The notes beneath the pieces are model-generated. The model worked only from the letters and a program-made list of their open reading frames with translations. It had not been told where the DNA came from and did no database searches. A program made the translations under genes and the position numbers. A stretch of DNA of 64,000 nucleotides from the NCBI GenBank assembly GCA_963720545.1, contig OY970399.1:4000001-4064000 (forward strand), written 5' to 3'. Numbering within the stretch: position 1 is the first letter of the stretch; each line of letters opens with the position of its first letter. Positions 57,915 through 64,000 of the stretch are shown here, in pieces. Source of the stretch: an uncultured Acidobacteriota bacterium (GTDB lineage: Bacteria; Acidobacteriota; Vicinamibacteria; Fen-336).

Positions 57915-60277
57915 GCGTCCACCGTCTCGTAGTAATCGGCCGCCACCAGGATCTCGCGCGCCTTCGAACCATCGGCCGGGCCGATGATGCCGTCGCGCTC
58001 CATGATGTCGACCAGCCGGCCGGCGCGGGAGAAGCCGATGCGGAAGCGCCGCTGCAGCATGCTGGTCGAGGCCTGGCCGGAGGTCACCACGAAGCGCACC
58101 GCCTCGTCGAACAGCTCGTCCTTGTCGTCGTTGGCCGCGGCGCGTTCGGCGGCCGCCTGCTCGGTCTTGCCGACGGTGTCGTCGTAGGAGGGCTTGCCCA
58201 TGCCGCGCAGGCACTGCGTCAGCCGCGCGATCTCCACCTCGGTGACGAAGGCGCCGTGTATGCGCATCAGGCGCGCGCTGCCCGGCGGCAGGAACAGCAT
58301 GTCGCCGCGACCCAGCAGGCGCTCGGCGCCGATCGAGTCGAGGATGGTGCGGCTGTCCACCCGCGCCGCGACGCGGAACGAGATGCGCGACGGGAAGTTC
58401 GCCTTGATGAGGCCGGTGATGACGTCGACCGACGGCCGCTGGGTGGCGAGGATCAGGTGGATGCCCACCGCGCGCGCCATCTGCGCGAGCCGCGTGATCG
58501 ACTCCTCCACCTCGCGCGCCGAGACCATCATCAGGTCGGCGAGCTCGTCGATGATGATGACGATGTAGTGCAGGGGCTTCAGGTCCTCGGAGCCGCTCTG
58601 CGCCTGCTCGTTGCGGACGATGTTGTTGAACTGGTCGATGTTGCGCACGCCTTCGCCGGCCAGCATGCGGATGCGCTTTTCCATCTCCGTCACCGCCCAC
58701 TTGAGGACGTTGGCGGCGACCTTGGGATCGGTGACGACCGGGGTCAGCAGGTGCGGGATGTCCTCGTAGACGCCGAGCTCCAGCCGCTTGGGGTCGATGA
58801 GGATCAGGCGGCACTCGTCGGGCGTGCACTTGAACAGGATGCTCGCGATCATGCAGTTGAGGCCGACGCTCTTGCCGGTGCCGGTGGAGCCGGCGATCAA
58901 CAGGTGCGGCATCGCGGCGAGGTCGGAAACGCAGGTTTCGCCGCCGACCGTCTTGCCGAGTGCCAGCGTCAGGCGTCCCGGCGACTTGCGGAAGGCGTCC
59001 GACTCGAGGATCTCGCGCAGCGAGATGATCTCGCGGGTCTCGTTGGGGATCTCGACGCCCACGGTGCCGCGGCCGCTCATGCGGTCGATGCGCAGCGCCT
59101 CGGCTTCGAGCGCCAGCGACAGGTCGTCCGCGAGGCCGACGATCTTCGAATACTTGACGCCGGCGTCGGGCTTGAACTCGTAGGTGGTGACGACCGGACC
59201 GGGGTGGATCTCGACAACGCTGCCGTGCACGTCGAACTCGGCGCTCTTGCTTTCGAGCGTGCGGGCGCGTTCGAACAGGCGGTCCTTGTCCATCCTGCCT
59301 TCGGAGACGATCGCGTCGAGGAGCGACGTGGGCGGCAGCGGGCCGTCGGCGGCGATGCCGCCCGCCACCTCGCCGCGCGCGCGCCGCTTCGGCTTCGGCG
59401 CCTCGGGTTCGGCCTCCGCCGCGAAATCACGATCGGGCCGGGCGCGCGGTTGCGGGGCGGGCGGCGCCGGGGACGTCGGCGCAAGTAGCGCGCTGGCGCG
59501 GATGCGTGGCTGGGCCGGCGCGGGCTTCGGCGCTTCCGCCTCGGCCGCGACCAGGTCTTCGTCGAGCACCGCCGCCGCCGGCTGGGCGCGGCCGCGCGGG
59601 TTCTCGGCGGGTGCCTCTTCCTGGCGCCGCAGCGTGTGCTTGCGGACCACGTCCTGGCGCAGGTTCTCCTTGCGGCGCGTCTCGCGGTAGTGCGCCCACG
59701 CGGTCATGAGGGCGCGCACCCGGCCCTGCACGAGCGCCCACGCGCCGCGCAGGAAAGCCGCGAACGAGAACTGGGTGGTGAGGATCACCGAGACGATCAG
59801 CAAGGTGAGCACGATGATGTAGGCGCCGGGGCGGTTGAAGCGTTCGGTGAGCCAGTCGGAAAGCAGCTGCCCGGTGGCGCCGCCGGCACGGACGTTGTCG
59901 GCCTCGAAGGAGACGGTGCCGATGGCGAGGGTGAGGAACGCCGTCAGCATGAGCATCAGGAGCCCAAGGCCGGCCGCCTTCGTATAAGGCGCCTCGACCG
60001 GCCGGCACCAGAAGAGCTTCCAGCCCCAGACCGCGAACACCACCGGGAGCACCATCGCGGCGAGGCCGAAGAGCTGCGGGATCAGGAGCTCGGCGATGAA
60101 GGCGCCGGTGGGTCCGATCCAGTTGCGCGCGTGGCCGCCCGCGCCGGCCTTGAAAAAAGGCGCCGGATCGGCCGGGTTGTAACTCGCCAGGCTGATGAGG
60201 AGAAGAACCGAGACGGCCAGGGTGAAAAGGCCCAGGAACTCGGAGAACCGCTGCTGCGTTTTGTCGGCCGTTGCCAT
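57902..60277 (-). CDS. ftsK: DNA translocase FtsK
   Basis: N-terminal TMs, GPVVT, PHLLIAGSTGTGKS, IDELADLMM, ATQRPSVD, gamma domain STSMLQRR. Confidence 0.97.
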   Translation of the reverse strand: MATADKTQQRFSEFLGLFTLAVSVLLLISLASYNPADPAPFFKAGAGGHARNWIGPTGAFIAELLIPQLFGLAAMVLPVVFAVWGWKLFWCRPVEAPYTKAAGLGLLMLMLTAFLTLAIGTVSFEADNVRAGGATGQLLSDWLTERFNRPGAYIIVLTLLIVSVILTTQFSFAAFLRGAWALVQGRVRALMTAWAHYRETRRKENLRQDVVRKHTLRRQEEAPAENPRGRAQPAAAVLDEDLVAAEAEAPKPAPAQPRIRASALLAPTSPAPPAPQPRARPDRDFAAEAEPEAPKPKRRARGEVAGGIAADGPLPPTSLLDAIVSEGRMDKDRLFERARTLESKSAEFDVHGSVVEIHPGPVVTTYEFKPDAGVKYSKIVGLADDLSLALEAEALRIDRMSGRGTVGVEIPNETREIISLREILESDAFRKSPGRLTLALGKTVGGETCVSDLAAMPHLLIAGSTGTGKSVGLNCMIASILFKCTPDECRLILIDPKRLELGVYEDIPHLLTPVVTDPKVAANVLKWAVTEMEKRIRMLAGEGVRNIDQFNNIVRNEQAQSGSEDLKPLHYIVIIIDELADLMMVSAREVEESITRLAQMARAVGIHLILATQRPSVDVITGLIKANFPSRISFRVAARVDSRTILDSIGAERLLGRGDMLFLPPGSARLMRIHGAFVTEVEIARLTQCLRGMGKPSYDDTVGKTEQAAAERAAANDDKDELFDEAVRFVVTSGQASTSMLQRRFRIGFSRAGRLVDIMERDGIIGPADGSKAREILVAADYYETVDAWPK

Positions 60278-60306
60278 TCGTGCTTTTCGGCCCAAACCCA
60301 AGCCGA

Positions 60307-61071
60307 TCAGTTGGTTAATGTAGCACGAAGGCTTTCGTACAAAGTGAGGAATTCCACAACTGATAGCGTTTCCGGGCGCCGCGCACCCTCGATATCGAGT
60401 AACTTCAAGTGTTCCTTGAGGTTAGGCCAAATCGGAGCCAGATTGTTCCAGAGCGTTTTTCTGCGGTGGACGAACGCCTTTTCCACGAATCCCCGGAAGG
60501 CTTCCAGGTCGATTGTCGGCGCCGGCCGCTTGAACGCGAGGCGCACTACCGCCGACTCCACCTCGGGGGGTGGATCGAACGCCTGCGGGCCGAGCCGCAT
60601 CGGCACCGAGACGTCGGCGACGAGTTGGGCGACGACCGACAGGATGCCGTAGCTTTTCAGCCCCGGGGGAGAGGCGACCCGCTCGGCCACTTCGAGCTGC
60701 ACCATGACGTGCGCGTCGCGCGCGTGCGCGTGCAGCGCCAGGATGCGCCGCAGCAGAGGGCTGCCGATGTAGTAGGGAAGGTTGCCGGCGATGCGGCCTC
60801 CCGGCGGGAGCAGCGCCTGCAGGTCCACTTCGAGGGCGTCGCCCGAGGTCACCGCAAGGTTCGCGGGTCCGCGCATGCGCAGCACGTCCGCGAGACGCTC
60901 GTCGAGTTCGACCGCGCTCACGGTGCGCGAGCGCCCGGCGAGCGGCAGGGTGAGAGCGCCGCGGCCGGGACCGATCTCGAGGAAATCGTCCTGCGGCTGC
61001 GGGTCGATGACGCGCAGCAGTTCGCTGACGCCGTTGCTGCGGAGGAAGTGCTGGCCAAGGCGCCGCCGCAT
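60307..61071 (-). CDS. rsmA: 16S rRNA dimethyladenosine transferase
   Basis: LGQHFL, EIGPGRGALT, GNLPY, VQLEVA, PPPEVES, RRKTL. Confidence 0.93.
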   Translation of the reverse strand: MRRRLGQHFLRSNGVSELLRVIDPQPQDDFLEIGPGRGALTLPLAGRSRTVSAVELDERLADVLRMRGPANLAVTSGDALEVDLQALLPPGGRIAGNLPYYIGSPLLRRILALHAHARDAHVMVQLEVAERVASPPGLKSYGILSVVAQLVADVSVPMRLGPQAFDPPPEVESAVVRLAFKRPAPTIDLEAFRGFVEKAFVHRRKTLWNNLAPIWPNLKEHLKLLDIEGARRPETLSVVEFLTLYESLRATLTN

Positions 61072-61122
61072 GGATCGTGGCTCGATCATACCGGCCCGGA
61101 TCTGTTACCGTTCAGCGGCTTA

Positions 61123-62577
61123 ATGAACTCCCTGCATGTCGCGCTGGTTTCAGCCGAAGTCACACCCTTCGTGAAGACCGGCGGCCTCGGCGACATCGCC
61201 GGCGCGCTGCCGCGTGCGCTCGCGAAGCTGGGCCACCGCACCACGGTGTTCGTGCCCCGCTACCGCAGCGTCAAGCCGCCCGAAGGCGAGTGGGACGGCT
61301 CAACCCACGTGCGCGTCGACGCGGTCGATCGCATTGCCGGCTACTACCGCTGCCGCACGTCGCCGTCGGTCGATACCGTCTTCATCGAGCATGCGCCCTT
61401 CTACGACCGCGGCGGCGGGCCGTACGGCGATGCGCTGGGCGCCTTCGACGACAACCATTTGCGGTTTGCGTTCCTGTCGCGCGCGGCGATCGAGTACTTC
61501 CGCATGCGCGGCGAGCGCCCGAGCGTCTTCCACGCGAACGACTGGCACACCGGCCTGCTGCCCGTCTACCTGAAGGCGATGTACTGGAGCGACCCGCTGC
61601 TCGCGCGCATGCCGAGCGTCTACTCCATCCACAACCTCGCCTACCAGGGCAACTTCGCGAAGAGCGTGCTCGACACGCTCGGCTTCCCCCGCCACCTCGG
61701 CGACGGGCCCGCGCTCGAGTTCGACACCGGTGTCAGCTACATGAAGGGCGGCATCCTGTTCGCCGAAGCGGTCAATACCGTGTCGCCGCACTACGCCGAC
61801 GAAGTGCGCACGCCCGAGCTGGGGCTGCGCTTCGACCAGATCCTGCGCTCGCGCGGCGCCGACTTCAGCGGCATCCTGAACGGCGTCGACTACGACGAAT
61901 GGGACCCGCGCAACGACCGCATGATCGCGCACCGCTTCGCCGCCGACGACCTGAGCGGCAAGGCGGCCTGCAAGGCCGACCTGCTGCGCGCCTATGGCCT
62001 GCCCGAGTTTCCCGACCTGCCGCTCGTCGGCATCACCTCGCGGCTGGTCGCGCAGAAGGGCATCGACCTCGTCACCTCGGCCTGGGGCGACTTCCTGCGC
62101 CGGCCGATCCGGCTGGTGATGCTCGGCGAGGGTGAGAGCGCGGTGCAGGACGGCTTCCACCGCATGCGCGCCGCGGCGCCCGACCGGGTCGGCGTGCGCA
62201 TCGGCTACGATGCGCGGCTCGCGCACCAGATCGAGGCCGGCGCCGACATGTTCCTGGTGCCGTCGCGCTTCGAGCCGTGCGGCCTGACGCAGATGTACAG
62301 CCTGCGCTACGGCACGGCGCCCATCGTGCGCTCCACCGGCGGCCTCGTCGACACCGTCTCGCATCACACGCCGGGCTCGGACAGCGGCACCGGCTTTCGC
62401 TTCAACGACGCCGACAGCACTGCACTCCTGTGGGCCCTCGACCAGGCGCTCTCGAGTTACGTGCGCAAGGACGAATGGCAGGCCCTGCAGCGGCGCGGCA
62501 TGGCGATGGATTTTTCGTGGGACCGTTCCGCGGCGCAGTACGTCGATCTTTACCAGGACGCCGCGCTCCGCGCCTAG
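61123..62577 (+). CDS. glgA: Glycogen synthase
   Basis: KTGGLGD, HANDWHTG, IHNLAYQG, GILNGVD, QKG, PSRFEPCGLTQ. Confidence 0.95.
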   Translation: MNSLHVALVSAEVTPFVKTGGLGDIAGALPRALAKLGHRTTVFVPRYRSVKPPEGEWDGSTHVRVDAVDRIAGYYRCRTSPSVDTVFIEHAPFYDRGGGPYGDALGAFDDNHLRFAFLSRAAIEYFRMRGERPSVFHANDWHTGLLPVYLKAMYWSDPLLARMPSVYSIHNLAYQGNFAKSVLDTLGFPRHLGDGPALEFDTGVSYMKGGILFAEAVNTVSPHYADEVRTPELGLRFDQILRSRGADFSGILNGVDYDEWDPRNDRMIAHRFAADDLSGKAACKADLLRAYGLPEFPDLPLVGITSRLVAQKGIDLVTSAWGDFLRRPIRLVMLGEGESAVQDGFHRMRAAAPDRVGVRIGYDARLAHQIEAGADMFLVPSRFEPCGLTQMYSLRYGTAPIVRSTGGLVDTVSHHTPGSDSGTGFRFNDADSTALLWALDQALSSYVRKDEWQALQRRGMAMDFSWDRSAAQYVDLYQDAALRA

Positions 62578-63719
62578 TCGATCTCCATCAATTGGTCCGA
62601 GGCGGGCCGCCGCGGCGGCTTCGAACGAGCCGGCGCCGTGCGTGGCGCGGGTGCAATGGGAATCGCTGCCGCCGCGGTGCCGCCGAGCTGCGCGAACGCG
62701 TCCGCCAGGTCCTGCGTCGTTGCGTCGACGCCGCGCGCGTGCAGCCGCACCCAGTGGCCGATGAGCGGATCCACGAACACGTAGCGCTTGCGCACCATCG
62801 CGAGCGCGTCCACCTGCACCAGCCACTGCAGGTACTCGCGCAGCGCTCCGGGCGTGCGCCCGAGCGCCTTGCACAAGGAAGTGAGGTTCTGTCCCGGCTC
62901 TTCCGCCACCGCCTGCAGCACCGCCTTGCAGATGCCGTAGCCGCGGCTGCGCAGCAGCAGGGCCTCGTGCGTGTGCCGGCACAGCGACTCGATGCGGCCG
63001 CCGCCGGCCATCGCCTCCAGCCAGGCGGCCCGCAGCTCCGGCGCGCCTGCATCGAGGAGCGCGTCGAGATAGCGCGGCATGCCCGCGCTCACCGCATGCA
63101 CCGCGGCGCCGTCCCACCGGGCACCGCTGGCGCGCACAGCCTGCGCGGTCTCCGCGGCATCGAGGGGCCGCGCGAGCATCGCCTCGAGGCCGAAGACCTT
63201 GCGCGCAACTGTCGGGTAGGAGGTTGCGAGCACCGTGCCGCCGTTGCGGGCGCGCATCGCCTTCACGAACGGCGAGGCGACGCCGCGCAGGTCCTTGAAG
63301 TAGTCGAGCGAGCGGATTTCGGTGAACTCGTCGAAGAGCAGCGCCACCGGCGGCTTTCCCGAGGCGCCGAGCTGCGACCACAACTCGAGGAGCTTGCCCA
63401 CCGCCTTCGCCACCTGGCGGCGGTCGGCCGAGCCCGCGAGGCGCCTGATCTCGGTGGCGAGCGGCAATGCGGGCGCGGCGGCCGCTGCGGGAATGACGTC
63501 GAGGGCGATGCGCAGGAAGCGCTCCGGCGACGAGGCGGCGCCCATCAGGTCGAGCCGCACGACCGTGACGCCCTCGCGCTGCAGCGTCTTCTGCAGCCGG
63601 CGCAGCAGCGTCGTCTTGCCGGCGCCCGGCGGCCCGGCGAGCACCATCGGCGCCTCGCCGCGCGCGCCTTCGAGCAACGCCTGCTCGAGGTCGTCGCGGC
63701 GGAAGTCGACGCGCGCCAT
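62574..63719 (-). CDS. P-loop ATPase with C-terminal winged helix (archaeal-type/STAND-like)
   Basis: GPPGAGKTT, LLFDEF, GMPRYL, HTH (LTSLCKALGRTPGALREYL), YVFVDP. Confidence 0.7.
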   Translation of the reverse strand: MARVDFRRDDLEQALLEGARGEAPMVLAGPPGAGKTTLLRRLQKTLQREGVTVVRLDLMGAASSPERFLRIALDVIPAAAAAPALPLATEIRRLAGSADRRQVAKAVGKLLELWSQLGASGKPPVALLFDEFTEIRSLDYFKDLRGVASPFVKAMRARNGGTVLATSYPTVARKVFGLEAMLARPLDAAETAQAVRASGARWDGAAVHAVSAGMPRYLDALLDAGAPELRAAWLEAMAGGGRIESLCRHTHEALLLRSRGYGICKAVLQAVAEEPGQNLTSLCKALGRTPGALREYLQWLVQVDALAMVRKRYVFVDPLIGHWVRLHARGVDATTQDLADAFAQLGGTAAAAIPIAPAPRTAPARSKPPRRPASDQLMEID

Positions 63720-64000
63720 CAGGGTGCGAGCATCGGGATCGAGACGCCGCGTTCGCGGGCCACCTCGATGGCGCGCTCGTAGCCGGCATCGGCATGGCGC
63801 GCCACTCCCATGCCCGGGTCGCTCGTCAGCACGCGCTGCAGCCGGCGCGCCGCCTCCTCGGTGCCGTCAGCGACGATCACCATGCCGGCGTGGATCGAGT
63901 AGCCCATGCCGACGCCGCCGCCGTGGTGCACCGATACCCAGGTCGCGCCGCCCACCGCGTTGATGAGCGCGTTCAGGATGGGCCAGTCGGCGACCGCGTC
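63719..64000 (-). CDS. hutU: Urocanate hydratase, C-terminal part (truncated by window edge)
   Basis: [44 protein letters not shown]. Confidence 0.95.
   Translation of the reverse strand, partial: DAVADWPILNALINAVGGATWVSVHHGGGVGMGYSIHAGMVIVADGTEEAARRLQRVLTSDPGMGVARHADAGYERAIEVARERGVSIPMLAP

Noticed and set aside
61123..62577. glgA as part of the storage-lipid cluster
   Set aside because: It is separated by about 6 kb of cell-division and rRNA-modification genes, and I saw no shared operator.

Overview
This is a high-GC (roughly 70% by eye), gene-dense bacterial chromosome segment. Gene content tentatively suggests Acidobacteriota (inference only). Most of it is housekeeping: an NtrC/NtrX-type regulator, RNase P RNA, comEA, rpsA-ihfB-HIT-dapF, recO-glyQ-glyS-ppdK-corA-mutL, uppP-nnr-tsaE, guaB, secA, an M23 peptidase, comM, an MltD-like transglycosylase, an amidase, ftsK, rsmA, glgA and partial hutU. 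I saw no integrase, transposase, tRNA, rRNA or CRISPR array. The stand-out region is about 44.2-55.4 kb. It holds three tandem ArsA/Get3-family ATPases plus a small partner protein, a GT-C membrane protein, a fatty acyl-CoA reductase-like SDR, a degenerate epimerase, an acyltransferase, a patatin, a phasin and a PhaR-like regulator. The regulator's promoter carries a twin palindromic operator, and no PHA synthase is present in the window. I infer a lipid-body build/coat/mobilise system with dedicated Get3-like targeting ATPases. Other points of note: a DapF with both catalytic Cys replaced by Ser, an orphan C-terminally extended MglA, an orphan microcompartment-type aldehyde dehydrogenase, two sigma-54 promoters, and recurrent leaderless-type gene starts. 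All calls come from motif recognition by eye; no database searches were run.
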